In this document: one piece after another, positions 36,977 through 46,537 of the stretch
How positions within the stretch are numbered: position 1 is the stretch's first letter
Layout of the letters: every line of letters begins with the position of its first letter
From: Pseudomonadota bacterium
GTDB taxonomy: Bacteria > Desulfobacterota > DSM-4660 > Desulfatiglandales > B25-G16
Direction: 5' to 3'
Length of the DNA stretch: 46,537 bases
NCBI GenBank assembly: GCA_030603345.1
Contig: JAUVXZ010000003.1
Coordinates: 1-46,537 of the forward strand
Made by a program: the position numbers and the translations under genes
The notes under the pieces: generated by a model
The model's database searches: none
What the model saw: only the letters and a program-made list of their open reading frames with translations
Told to the model about the DNA's origin: nothing

Positions 36977-39100
36977 TTAGGACACCTTATCGCCAGGGAG
37001 CGGTTCACCGTCGAAAGTGGCTATAGATAGACGATCGGCAGCGCTGCCAGAGAGGACCATACCTTCTGAGAGGCCAAATCTCATCTGGCGTGGCTTCAGG
37101 TTCGCAACGACAATGACTTTTTTGCCCACGAGCTTCTCAGGCTCCGGGTAGGCAGAGCGGATTCCCGCAAAGGTCTGACGCAGCCGCCCCTCGCCAAGGT
37201 CGACCATGAGCCGAATCAGCTTCTTTGACCCCTCAAGGAGGCTGGCCTCACGGATGATGCCTACCCGAAGGTCTATCTTGGAAAAATCGTCGATGGTGAT
37301 TTCTCTCTCGATAGGCTCAAGATCCTCACGTTTATCCGATGAGGGGGCGCCAACCTCTCGTTTGGCAGTTTTGGCTTCTTTTTCAGCCTCCCTGACTCCT
37401 GTCATACTGGTTTGCGCCTTCTCGATCTTCGCCCAGGTATCCCGGAGCGTAGCGGTGCGATTGAAGATCAATGCTCCCTGAGAAGAATCAATGGAGTCCA
37501 CGCAGAAATAGCCCAGTCTCTCGAACTGGTAACGACTTCCCGGTGCTGCGCCTGCCAGACTTGGTTCAAGGCGGCAGGAGGTCAATGTCTCTAACGAGTT
37601 CGGATTCAAATGCGTTTCAAAATCAGAACCATCCTTGTTATCGGTTGGGTCTGGTTTGACGAAGAGGTGATCATACAAACGTACCTCGGCTTCGAGCGAA
37701 TGTGAAGCTGAAACCCAGTGCAATGTTGCCCTGACCTTGCGTCCGTCCGGAGAGTCACCGCCTCGTGTCTCCGGATCATAGGTGCAGTGGAGCTCAACCA
37801 CCTCGCCGGTTTGTTCGTCCTTAACCACATCCACACATTTGACAAAATACGCGTATCGCAGCCGTACTTCGCGACCGGGGGCCAGACGGTAGAACTTCTT
37901 CGGGGGGTCCTCACGAAAATCCTCCCGCTCAATGTAGAGCACCCGTGAAAAGGGCACTTTCCGTGTCCCCATACTGGGATCTTCCGGACTGTTCAAGGCG
38001 TCCAGCTCTTCTACCTGGCCCTCTGGATAGTTGTCTATGACCACCCGGAGCGGACGTAGTACTGCCATCACACGGGGAGCTCTTCGATTCAGATCTTCGC
38101 GAACGCAGTGCTCGAGCAGTGCTATATCCACCATACTGCCTCTCTTGGCCACACCGATGCGCTCACAAAAGTCTCGGATTGACTCCGGCGTGTAGCCCCG
38201 TCTCCTGAAGCCAGATATAGTAGGCATCCGTGGGTCGTCCCATCCAGTGACATGCCCGTGTTCTACCAACTCCAGAAGCATTCGCTTACTCATTACGGTG
38301 TAGCTGAGGTTGAGGCGGGCAAACTCAATTTGCTGGGGATGATACAGGTTCAATTCATCAAGGAACCAGTCGTATAATGGGCGATGATCTTCAAATTCAA
38401 GCGTGCATATGGAATGTGTGATCTCTTCGATGGAATCCGACTGCCCATGGGTAAAGTCATATGTCGGATAGATGCACCATTTGTTGCCCGATCGGTGATG
38501 TTCAGCATGAAGGATTCGGTACATCACTGGGTCCCGCATATTCAGATTTGGTGATGCCATATCAATCTTTGCCCGAAGCACACGGGAACCGTCCTCGAAT
38601 TCGCCTGCCTGCATGCGCTCGAATAACTCTAGGTTTTCTTCCACCGTACGATTCCGATAAGGGCTTTCTTTCCCTGGCTTAGTTAAAGTGCCTCGATATT
38701 CACGGATCTCATCTGCACTCAAGTCATCAACATAAGCTTTGCCTGCTTTTATCAATTGTATGGCATATTCATATAATTGCTCAAAGTAGTCTGATGCGTA
38801 GAACTCTCGGTCTTCCCAATCGAATCCAAGCCATCGAACGTCTTCCTTGATCGACTCCACATATTCAAGCTCTTCTTTGCTTGGATTCGTGTCATCGTAT
38901 CGCAAATTGCAGGGCCCTCCGTAATCGGCAGCCAGACCAAAGTTGAGGCAAATGGACTTGGCATGTCCAATATGGAGATAGCCGTTTGGTTCCGGTGGAA
39001 AGCGGGTATGAACGCGACCACCATATTTGTTTGTTTTTAGGTCTTCATCAATGATATTGCGAATGAAGTTAGGTGGGGGGGTTGAATCTGGTTTGGTCAT
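36977..39100 (-). CDS. glnS: Glutamine--tRNA ligase with C-terminal Trbp111/EMAP-type tRNA-binding domain
   Basis: [36 protein letters not shown]; then [14 protein letters not shown]...[19 protein letters not shown]. Confidence 0.95.
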   Translation of the reverse strand: MTKPDSTPPPNFIRNIIDEDLKTNKYGGRVHTRFPPEPNGYLHIGHAKSICLNFGLAADYGGPCNLRYDDTNPSKEELEYVESIKEDVRWLGFDWEDREFYASDYFEQLYEYAIQLIKAGKAYVDDLSADEIREYRGTLTKPGKESPYRNRTVEENLELFERMQAGEFEDGSRVLRAKIDMASPNLNMRDPVMYRILHAEHHRSGNKWCIYPTYDFTHGQSDSIEEITHSICTLEFEDHRPLYDWFLDELNLYHPQQIEFARLNLSYTVMSKRMLLELVEHGHVTGWDDPRMPTISGFRRRGYTPESIRDFCERIGVAKRGSMVDIALLEHCVREDLNRRAPRVMAVLRPLRVVIDNYPEGQVEELDALNSPEDPSMGTRKVPFSRVLYIEREDFREDPPKKFYRLAPGREVRLRYAYFVKCVDVVKDEQTGEVVELHCTYDPETRGGDSPDGRKVRATLHWVSASHSLEAEVRLYDHLFVKPDPTDNKDGSDFETHLNPNSLETLTSCRLEPSLAGAAPGSRYQFERLGYFCVDSIDSSQGALIFNRTATLRDTWAKIEKAQTSMTGVREAEKEAKTAKREVGAPSSDKREDLEPIEREITIDDFSKIDLRVGIIREASLLEGSKKLIRLMVDLGEGRLRQTFAGIRSAYPEPEKLVGKKVIVVANLKPRQMRFGLSEGMVLSGSAADRLSIATFDGEPLPGDKVS

Positions 39101-39312
39101 ACACGTGACTCCTTTCTCATTTATCGCTCCGCCATTGCTCGGTTACGGTGGCTACATAACTTTTCCCGTGGATTTGGGGAGCGTGCCACTCCATAGATTC
39201 ATATCCTTAACATTGTATTTTAACACATTTTATCACTTTGTTAAGTTTTTATGTTCAGTTTTCAGGTTATTGACTAACTGATCTCTGAGAAGGCAGCAAA
39301 GGAAACGCATGC

Positions 39313-39352
39313 AAATAAAAAGGGGTTGGCCTTAACAAAACCCAACCCCTTG
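39313..39352 (-). terminator. Rho-independent terminator after the tRNA pair
   Basis: Minus strand AAGGGGTTGG-loop-CCAACCCCTT followed by TTTATTT. Confidence 0.75.
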
Positions 39353-39360
39353 ATGCTCTG

Positions 39361-39436
39361 TGGTAGTCCCAACGGGAATCGAACCCGTGTCTTCGGCGTG
39401 AGAGGCCGATATCCTAGACCGCTAGACGATGGGACC
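39361..39436 (-). tRNA. tRNA-Glu (anticodon CUC)
   Basis: GGTCCCATCGTCTAGCGG...TCGGC-CT-CTC-AC-GCCGA...GGTTCGATTCC...ACCA. Confidence 0.96.
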
Positions 39437-39523
39437 CCATAGATAAAGTAAGGAGTATGCAGTAGGCAGTAAGTACCGGTCAGATGTTTACGGCCTGTTT
39501 AGGCCCCACTGCTTACTATCCTA

Positions 39524-39597
39524 TGGCTGGGGGAAAGGGACTCGAACCCCTGTCTGCAGGGCCAGAACCTGCCGTCCTACCACTGAACGATCCCCCA
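39524..39597 (-). tRNA. tRNA-Gln (anticodon CUG)
   Basis: TGGGGGATCGTTCAGTGG...GCAGG-TT-CTG-GC-CCTGC...GGTTCGAGTCC...GCCA. Confidence 0.96.
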
Positions 39598-39784
39598 GTT
39601 CTACGACTTATAATTCTCTCGATCCTCTCCCCAATGTCAAGTAAAATCTGCCACCCATGTCAGCGCAACAACCCTCGAAGCCCTACTTACAACATATTTC
39701 GGATCATTTGGCAGTAATTCGTTCAAAGGATCAGTGATGACCCGAGCGTTTCCTTGGCTTTGTAACATGGAGCAAAGACTGGTG

Positions 39785-40843
39785 CTATTTCCCTTTTCTT
39801 CTTTCAGGCCTTAATGACCGAACTGCTGCACCGGCCCTCCACATCTCCGAGTTTCTTATCTCCTCCAACTCTTTTCCGAGCTTCTCTTTATAGTCTGGTG
39901 CGCTGTTGGCCTGGAGGACGATCCTGGTCTCCTCACCTGAAACAACACTTTCGTAAAGGTCTTCAAAGAGTGGGGCGACGGCATTCCTGAACTTGTGCCT
40001 CCAGTCAAGAGCTCCCCTCTGTGCGGTTGTGCTCGTGTTCGCGTACATCCAATCCATACCATTTTCAGCGACGAGGCGAATGAGGCTCTGGGTGAGTTCT
40101 TCTACGGTCTCGTTAAAGGCCTCGCTGGGGCTATGACCATGCTTGCGAAGCGCATTGTACTGGGCCTCCATGACACCGGCCAGGCAACCCATGAGAACAC
40201 CCCGCTCCCCAACAAGATCACTGTGCACCTCTTTTTCGAAGGTCGTGGGGAAGAGGTATCCAGAACCGATAGCAATCCCCAAGGCACGTGTCCTCTCCTC
40301 TGCTCTCCCCGTAAAATCCTGAAACACCGCATAGCTTGCGTTTATTCCCTTTCCTTCCAGGAAATTAGACCGCACCGTAGTGCCCGAGCCCTTGGGTGCT
40401 ACCATGATCACGTCCACATCTTCCGGCGGGATGACTTTTGTTTGATCCTTATACACAATGGAAAACCCGTGAGAAAAGTAGACGGCATCCCCTGCTTTGA
40501 GATGCCCCTTGATCTTGGGCCACACAGCCACCTGTCCTGCATCGGAGATTAACATCTGAATAATGGTTCCCCGTTCTGCGGCCTCTTCCAGTGGAAAAAG
40601 GGTTTCTCCTGGCTTGAAACCGTCACTGATGGCCTTATCCCAAAATACTTGCTCTTCTTTTCTTTGGCCCACAATAACGTTAATCCCGTTATCTCTCATA
40701 TTCAGGGATTGTGCAGGACCTTGAACGCCATACCCAAGAACAGCCACTGTTTCGCTGGCCAGAACCTCCTGCGCCTTTTCTAATGGAAATTCCTCGGAAG
40801 TAACCACATCCTCTACTACTCCGCCAAAATCAACTTTTGCCAT
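39785..40843 (-). CDS. ilvC: Ketol-acid reductoisomerase
   Basis: LGYGVQG, FSHGF, VAPKGSG, SDLVGERG, STTAQRGALDW. Confidence 0.95.
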   Translation of the reverse strand: MAKVDFGGVVEDVVTSEEFPLEKAQEVLASETVAVLGYGVQGPAQSLNMRDNGINVIVGQRKEEQVFWDKAISDGFKPGETLFPLEEAAERGTIIQMLISDAGQVAVWPKIKGHLKAGDAVYFSHGFSIVYKDQTKVIPPEDVDVIMVAPKGSGTTVRSNFLEGKGINASYAVFQDFTGRAEERTRALGIAIGSGYLFPTTFEKEVHSDLVGERGVLMGCLAGVMEAQYNALRKHGHSPSEAFNETVEELTQSLIRLVAENGMDWMYANTSTTAQRGALDWRHKFRNAVAPLFEDLYESVVSGEETRIVLQANSAPDYKEKLGKELEEIRNSEMWRAGAAVRSLRPERRKGK

Positions 40844-40875
40844 AAAGATCCTCCTGTTAGTTTCGTGTGGAATCG

Positions 40876-41385
40876 TTATTTGTTATTCCGCGACAGTGCG
40901 ATAGAGCCGGTCCGCGCAATCTCCTTGATTCCCATCGGTTTCAAAAGGTTTAGGAATGCCGATAATTTCTCCACCGTGCCTGTTACCTCAATGGTATAAT
41001 GGGTAGTATTCGTATCCACTACCTTACATTTGAAGATATCTACAAGTCGTAAAATCTCGGCTTTGTGCCCCGGCCTTGCTCTTACCTTCACCAGAGCCGT
41101 TTCACGCTCCACAAAATCCGTCTCAGTCAGATCATGAACCTTGATTACATTAACCAATTTGTTGAGCTGTTTATTGATCTGCTCGATAATGAGTTGATCT
41201 CCGGTCGTGACCAGCGTTATCCTGGATACAAGGGGGTCCATGGTCGCAGCGACACAAAGGCTCTCTATATTGTAGCCACGACCGCTAAACATCCCAGCAA
41301 TGCGGGAAAGCACGCCTGGTTGATTGTCCACTAACAGTGAAATAGTATGTTTTTCTTCGGTCATTGTTCTCATAATATGCTCCAT
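40876..41385 (-). CDS. ilvN: Acetolactate synthase small subunit
   Basis: LVDNQPGVLSRIAGMFSGRGYNIESL, EIARTG. Confidence 0.95.
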   Translation of the reverse strand: MEHIMRTMTEEKHTISLLVDNQPGVLSRIAGMFSGRGYNIESLCVAATMDPLVSRITLVTTGDQLIIEQINKQLNKLVNVIKVHDLTETDFVERETALVKVRARPGHKAEILRLVDIFKCKVVDTNTTHYTIEVTGTVEKLSAFLNLLKPMGIKEIARTGSIALSRNNK

Positions 41386-43071
41386 TTACACGAGAAGCAT
41401 CTCGGTCATTGGCGCTCCTGCTGGGACCATCGGGTATACGCATTCTTCGCGGTCTACCCAGAAATCCATAATAACCGGCTTTGGTGTGCTTAGACCTTCC
41501 TTGAGAACGGGCACAACCTCTTGTGGTCGCGTAGCCCTCAGACCAACGGCTCCGTAAGATTCAGCGAGCTTCACAAAGTCCGGCGCCTCATCTATGCTGG
41601 TGGAGGCATATCTCTTTTCATAGAATAATTGCTGCCATTGCCGGACCATACCAAGATATTTGTTATTGAGAATAACTATCTTGACCGGAAGGCTATATTG
41701 CACGGCGGTTGCCATCTCCTGGATGTTCATCTGGATGCTCCCATCGCCGGCTATATCTACAACCAATTTATCCTGAGAGGCCACCTGTGCACCTATAGCA
41801 GCTGGAAAACCAAAGCCCATGCAACCGAGCCCGCCAGAGGTAATAAAGGAGTTTGGCTGATCAAAGTGATAGTATTGAGCTGCCCACATCTGATTCTGTC
41901 CTACTTCAGTGGTGATAATGGCCTGTCCGTTTGTCATGTCATAGAGCCTTTCGATGACATACTGGGGTTTGATTATATCCATTTGCTCATAGGACAAAGG
42001 ATTGGTGCTCTTCCATTCCTCTATCTGGTCCAGCCAAGGTTTGTTTTTGTATGGGTCTATTATTAATGCTTCCTCATCCATGAGCTTTTTAAGCTCACCA
42101 AGTGCGATCTTGCAATCCCCGACTATAGGGACTGCTACCGGGATATTTTTTCGTATAGAGGTAGGATCGATATCGATATGAATAATCTTGGCATGGGGAG
42201 CAAAGGTATCGATCTTTCCTGTTACCCTGTCATCGAAACGAACGCCAATCCCGATTAAAAGATCACACGATCCGATGGACATATTTGCACGGTAGGTACC
42301 ATGCATCCCAGGCATTCCGAGCCATAGCTCATCAGTTCCGGGAAATGCACCGAGACCCATGAGAGAAGCTGTCACAGGGGCATTGAGTCTTCTGGCAAAC
42401 TCGGCAAGTTCTCTGGATGCACCTGAAAGAATTACGCCCCCACCGGCAAATATAACCGGTTTTCTCGCCTCTCTTATGAGGTTGATAGCCTTTTTGACCT
42501 GCTTCATATTCGGCTTGTAGGTTGGATTGTAAGACTTTAGAGAGGGCGCACGTAAGGGTTTATATGCTGTTTTACCCTGGATGATATCTTTTGGGATATC
42601 TACAAGCACGGGACCAGGGCGTCCGGATCGAGCGACGTAGAAAGCCTCTTTAACAGTCCGTGCCAGATCCTCAATGCTTCGTACAAGATAGTTATGTTTG
42701 GTACATGGTCGGGTAATACCTACAATATCAACCTCCTGGAAGGCATCATTTCCTATAAGGTTTGTAGGTACCTGTGCGGTAAAAACAACCACCGGGATGG
42801 AATCCATATAGGCAGAAGCAAGGCCACTAACGGTGTTGGTTGCTCCCGGCCCTGACGTTACAATGCATACCCCAACAGATCTCTTTGCCCTGGCATAGCC
42901 ATCAGCGGCATGCACAGCCCCCTGCTCATGTCTGACCATAATATGTTGAATATTGGTTCGAGCCAGCTCATCGAAGATATCGATGGCAGCACCACCCGTC
43001 ATACCAAATACAGTGTCAACTCTTTCCTCCTTAAAAATCGCCATCAGGATTTGAGCGCCAGTGATTTTCAA
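41386..43071 (-). CDS. ilvB: Acetolactate synthase large subunit
   Basis: RHEQGA, TSGPGATN, RFDDRVTG, GDGS...NN, MVRQWQ. Confidence 0.96.
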   Translation of the reverse strand: MKITGAQILMAIFKEERVDTVFGMTGGAAIDIFDELARTNIQHIMVRHEQGAVHAADGYARAKRSVGVCIVTSGPGATNTVSGLASAYMDSIPVVVFTAQVPTNLIGNDAFQEVDIVGITRPCTKHNYLVRSIEDLARTVKEAFYVARSGRPGPVLVDIPKDIIQGKTAYKPLRAPSLKSYNPTYKPNMKQVKKAINLIREARKPVIFAGGGVILSGASRELAEFARRLNAPVTASLMGLGAFPGTDELWLGMPGMHGTYRANMSIGSCDLLIGIGVRFDDRVTGKIDTFAPHAKIIHIDIDPTSIRKNIPVAVPIVGDCKIALGELKKLMDEEALIIDPYKNKPWLDQIEEWKSTNPLSYEQMDIIKPQYVIERLYDMTNGQAIITTEVGQNQMWAAQYYHFDQPNSFITSGGLGCMGFGFPAAIGAQVASQDKLVVDIAGDGSIQMNIQEMATAVQYSLPVKIVILNNKYLGMVRQWQQLFYEKRYASTSIDEAPDFVKLAESYGAVGLRATRPQEVVPVLKEGLSTPKPVIMDFWVDREECVYPMVPAGAPMTEMLLV

Positions 43072-43123
43072 GTCTTATCTCTCCTCTTTTGCTAGGTTGC
43101 TGTTCTTTTCTCTTAGGCCTACC

Positions 43124-43633
43124 TCATGATGCCCCTCGTCCGGTTAACCCCTTTTTCTTGACGTACTCAACCAATCCCCCGGCATCTACTATCTCCCTCA
43201 TGAACCTGGGGACTGGCTTGGCAAAAAACTGCTGGCCGGTATTCATATTCACTATCTCCCCGGTTGCTAGATCAACGGATACCAAAGAACCTTCGTTAAC
43301 AGACTGAGGCGCCTCCTTGGATTCCAGGATGGGGAGACCCACATTGAAGGCGTTTCTATAAAAGATGCGAGCAAAATTTTCTGCTACGACAACGCCAATT
43401 CCAGCTGCTTTGATGGCGAGAGGAGCGTGTTCCCGAGAGGATCCAGATCCAAAATTATTCCCAGCCACAAGTATATCGCCCGGGGAAATCATATCCATAA
43501 AGCCGGGTCTTATATCGGCAAAACAATTCCTTGCAAGCTCGTCTCTATCAGAGCTGTTCAGAAACCGCGCGGGAATTATGAGATCGGTGTCCACATTGTC
43601 TCCAAACTTCCAAACGGTGCCCTGGACCTTCAT
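43124..43633 (-). CDS. leuD: 3-isopropylmalate dehydratase small subunit
   Basis: DNVDTDLIIP, NFGSGSSREHA, FARIFYRN. Confidence 0.93.
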   Translation of the reverse strand: MKVQGTVWKFGDNVDTDLIIPARFLNSSDRDELARNCFADIRPGFMDMISPGDILVAGNNFGSGSSREHAPLAIKAAGIGVVVAENFARIFYRNAFNVGLPILESKEAPQSVNEGSLVSVDLATGEIVNMNTGQQFFAKPVPRFMREIVDAGGLVEYVKKKGLTGRGAS

Positions 43634-44893
43634 CTAAAGCTCCTCCGGTCCGGCAATATACCCCACAACAGCTGAGGCTGCAGCAATGGCTGGACTTGCC
43701 AGATATACCTCACTCTTGGGGTGCCCCATTCGACCGATGAAATTTCTGTTGCTGGTGGAAACGGCTCTCTCTCCCTCGGCCAGGATACCAAGATGGCCAC
43801 CCAGACACGGTCCACAGCAGGGAGGGCCAATAACCGCACCAGCATCAATCAGTGTCTTTATGATCCCCTGCTCAATAGCTTCACTGTAGATGAGTTGGGA
43901 ACCAGGAATGACGATGAGCCTGATTCCCTTAGCAACCTTTCTGCCTTTGAGTATGGTGGCTGCTTCCCGAAGATCTTCCAAGTAGCCATTGGTGCAGGAC
44001 CCTATAAAGACCTGGTCGAGTGATATATGTGGAACCTTTGATAAAGGCCGGACATTGGCCGGAGAGTGGGGCAAGGCTATTTGAGGTTCGATAGTATCCA
44101 CCACGATCTTGATTACCTTTTCATAGTCTGCACCAGGATCACTGATGCAGACAAGTGGCGTTCTGTGGGATCTTTCAGCCACAAATGCCAAGGTAATCTC
44201 GTCTGGCTCAATTATGCCGTTTTTTGCTCCGGCCTCGATAGCCATATTGGTCATGGTGAACCGTTGAGCCATGGGAAGCTCTTCGATAACGCTCCCAGAG
44301 AATTCCAAGGCGCAGTAGTTTGCGCCGTCAACTCCCAACGTGCCCAAGGTATAGAGTATAAGGTCTTTTCCCCTCACCCAGGGCAGCAGAGAGCCCTCGT
44401 ATTCGATTTTGATTGTTGGAGGTACCTTAAGCCAGGTCTTGCCGGTGGCCAGTATTACCCCGAGATCGGTACTCCCGACACCGGTGGAAAAGGCGCCCAA
44501 GGCGCCGTACGTACAGGTATGGCTATCTGCCCCGATAACCAGATCTCCAGGTATGACGAGGCCCTTTTCAGGCAGAAGTACATGTTCGATACCGGACTGC
44601 CCCACTTCATAGTAATGGTGAATCTGATGGTGAACGGCAAATTCCCGCATCACCTTGGCCTGCTCGGCTGACTCAATATCCTTGTTAGGCACAAAGTGGT
44701 CAGGGATGAGCGCAATTCTGTTGGGATCGAATACCGGCTGATTTCCTACCTCGTTGAAAACCGCTATCGCCAACGGGGCAGTGATATCATTGGCCATGGC
44801 TAGATCCACCTTAACCTCTATGAGATCCCCAGGGGAGACATCGGTACGGGAGGCGTGCTGAGCAAGTATCTTTTCAGTCATGGTCATGGGCAT
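43634..44893 (-). CDS. leuC: 3-isopropylmalate dehydratase large subunit
   Basis: DSHTCTYGA, IGSCTNG, CGPCLG, STSNRNF. Confidence 0.94.
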   Translation of the reverse strand: MPMTMTEKILAQHASRTDVSPGDLIEVKVDLAMANDITAPLAIAVFNEVGNQPVFDPNRIALIPDHFVPNKDIESAEQAKVMREFAVHHQIHHYYEVGQSGIEHVLLPEKGLVIPGDLVIGADSHTCTYGALGAFSTGVGSTDLGVILATGKTWLKVPPTIKIEYEGSLLPWVRGKDLILYTLGTLGVDGANYCALEFSGSVIEELPMAQRFTMTNMAIEAGAKNGIIEPDEITLAFVAERSHRTPLVCISDPGADYEKVIKIVVDTIEPQIALPHSPANVRPLSKVPHISLDQVFIGSCTNGYLEDLREAATILKGRKVAKGIRLIVIPGSQLIYSEAIEQGIIKTLIDAGAVIGPPCCGPCLGGHLGILAEGERAVSTSNRNFIGRMGHPKSEVYLASPAIAAASAVVGYIAGPEEL

Positions 44894-44955
44894 CTTTTAT
44901 GTTCTCCTCCTATCCCCTCCGCGGAGAGCCGACAGAGTACGTGAGCATTGTTGGC

Positions 44956-46491
44956 TCACTTGGTCTTGTGAGCCGATGAGTCCCGCTTAAGATGTGCCAG
45001 TCTATTCAATCCATTAATAAAGGCCTTTGCACTGGCGACTATAATGTCAGGATCGTTCCCTTTACCGAGTGTCTGCACCCCGTTTTCTTCCAGTCGCACC
45101 GTCACGCCTCCCTGGGCATCTGTCCCGCCAGTTAACGAATCAATAGAGAATCGAAGTAGTTTGGATTTCGTTCCGGTCATCTTTGCAATAGTATTGTAAG
45201 TGGCATCAATGGGACCTATGCCAAACCCTGCCTTCTGTTTTTCCTTGCCTTGGATCTCCAATTGTACTGTCGCGGTGGGGACAGTTGCAGTCCCGCTGAT
45301 CACATTAAGGTACTTGAGTTTATAGGTATCTGGAACTCTTAGCACCTCTTCGGCAACGAGGACTTCTAAATCCTCATCCACGATTTCCTTCCTTTTGTCT
45401 GCAAGGTCTTTAAACTTTGTAAACAGACGGTCGATATCTCCTTTGGACAATTCATACCCGAGCTTCCTCAAACGATCCCTAAATGCGTGCCGGCCTGAAT
45501 GCTTCCCCATAATAAGACGATTGGTTTTCAAACCAACGGTAGCAGGCTCGATGATTTCATAGGTGGTTTTATTTTTTAAGACCCCATCCTGATGAATGCC
45601 AGCCTCGTGGGCAAAGGCATTCGCTCCTACAATGGCTTTATTGGGCTGGACCGGTATTCCGGTAATCATTGCGAGCAAACGGCTTGATGGATATATCTCT
45701 CTGGTATCAATTTCTGTATAATAAGGCAGATAATTCCTCCTGGTGTGGAGGGCCATAATGACCTCTTCAAGAGATGTATTGCCTGCACGCTCTCCAATCC
45801 CATTTACCGTAACCTCAACCTGCCTTGCTCCAGCATTGATACTCGCCAAGGTGTTGGCTGTGGCCAGGCCCAGATCGTTGTGACAGTGAACGCTTAGAAT
45901 TGCCTTGCCGATATTTGGCGTGTGACCTTTCACATAGACAACAAGGTCAGCAAACTCAGCAGGAATAGCATAACCCACGGTGTCAGGAAGATTGACTGTG
46001 GTGGCTCCGGCTGAAATAGCCGCCTCAAAAACTTTGCAAAGAAAGTCTCGGTCACTTCGGGAACCGTCCTCAGCTGAGAACTCGACATTGTTCGTGAATT
46101 GTGCGGCGTATTTTACTGCGTCAACTGCCTGGTTGATGACCTGATCTCTACTCATCTTCAATTTATGCTTAAGGTGGATATCAGAGGTGGCAATGAAAAC
46201 ATGAATACGGGGATTTGCAGCCTGTTTGATTGCACCCCATGCGGCGTCAATATCTTCTTTAGAGGTTCGAGCAAGGGCAGCTACCTGCACGGTCCTAACC
46301 TTTTGAGCGATCATCTGAACTGCCTCAAAATCTCCTTCGGAAGAGGACGGAAAACCTGCTTCAAGTACGTCTATCTTTAGGTTTTCCAACTGGGAGGCAA
46401 GGTGGATTTTCTCAGCAGTGTTCATGCTAAAGCCTGGAGACTGCTCCCCATCCCTCAAGGTAGTATCAAACACGATAATCTTGTCTTCCAT
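44956..46491 (-). CDS. leuA: 2-isopropylmalate synthase
   Basis: DTTLRDGEQ, HCHNDLG, GERAGN, HEAGIHQDG, GKHSGR, regulatory domain GPIDA. Confidence 0.96.
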   Translation of the reverse strand: MEDKIIVFDTTLRDGEQSPGFSMNTAEKIHLASQLENLKIDVLEAGFPSSSEGDFEAVQMIAQKVRTVQVAALARTSKEDIDAAWGAIKQAANPRIHVFIATSDIHLKHKLKMSRDQVINQAVDAVKYAAQFTNNVEFSAEDGSRSDRDFLCKVFEAAISAGATTVNLPDTVGYAIPAEFADLVVYVKGHTPNIGKAILSVHCHNDLGLATANTLASINAGARQVEVTVNGIGERAGNTSLEEVIMALHTRRNYLPYYTEIDTREIYPSSRLLAMITGIPVQPNKAIVGANAFAHEAGIHQDGVLKNKTTYEIIEPATVGLKTNRLIMGKHSGRHAFRDRLRKLGYELSKGDIDRLFTKFKDLADKRKEIVDEDLEVLVAEEVLRVPDTYKLKYLNVISGTATVPTATVQLEIQGKEKQKAGFGIGPIDATYNTIAKMTGTKSKLLRFSIDSLTGGTDAQGGVTVRLEENGVQTLGKGNDPDIIVASAKAFINGLNRLAHLKRDSSAHKTK

Positions 46492-46537
46492 GGAAACGCT
46501 CCTTTCATTTCATCACTAGGTGGTAATTATTATGATC

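Noticed and set aside
39361-39436. tRNA-anchored integrative element
   Set aside because: No integrase and no duplicated tRNA 3' end were seen, and glnS follows directly.
39484-39717. 77-aa ORF
   Set aside because: Antisense to tRNA-Gln.
1-46537. CRISPR array, prophage or rRNA
   Set aside because: No regularly spaced repeats, phage genes or rRNA-like sequence were seen.

Overview
Bacterial DNA from an anaerobe, most likely Desulfobacterota/deltaproteobacterial (inferred from gene content). The right end (about 36.9-46.5 kb) is housekeeping: glnS with an unusual C-terminal tRNA-binding OB-fold, tRNA-Glu(CUC), tRNA-Gln(CUG) and leuA-leuC-leuD-ilvB-ilvN-ilvC. The left edge holds the start of a 2-oxoacid:ferredoxin oxidoreductase operon. 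Between them is a roughly 36 kb mosaic catabolic region. It contains two paralogous Liv-type ABC importers, a CoA ligase-DUF2848-CoxL/G/M/S molybdenum hydroxylase operon, a UbiD decarboxylase with a small CxxC protein, two phytoene-dehydrogenase-like flavoproteins, split aconitase X, and an Fe-ADH / Mo-bisPGD enzyme / ferredoxin / W-AOR / MoaD operon. Main highlights: (1) a full-length hydantoin-racemase-family gene with one in-frame UGA near the active site, followed by a strong hairpin (candidate selenoprotein); (2) a possible anaerobic furoate/heteroaromatic-acid (hmf-like) pathway next to the 2-oxoacid oxidoreductase; (3) the CoA-ligase promoter plus 5' coding stub present in three copies in front of three different gene sets, with a shared 13-bp motif; (4) many short gene relics. 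All family assignments come from motif reading only, and no database searches were run.
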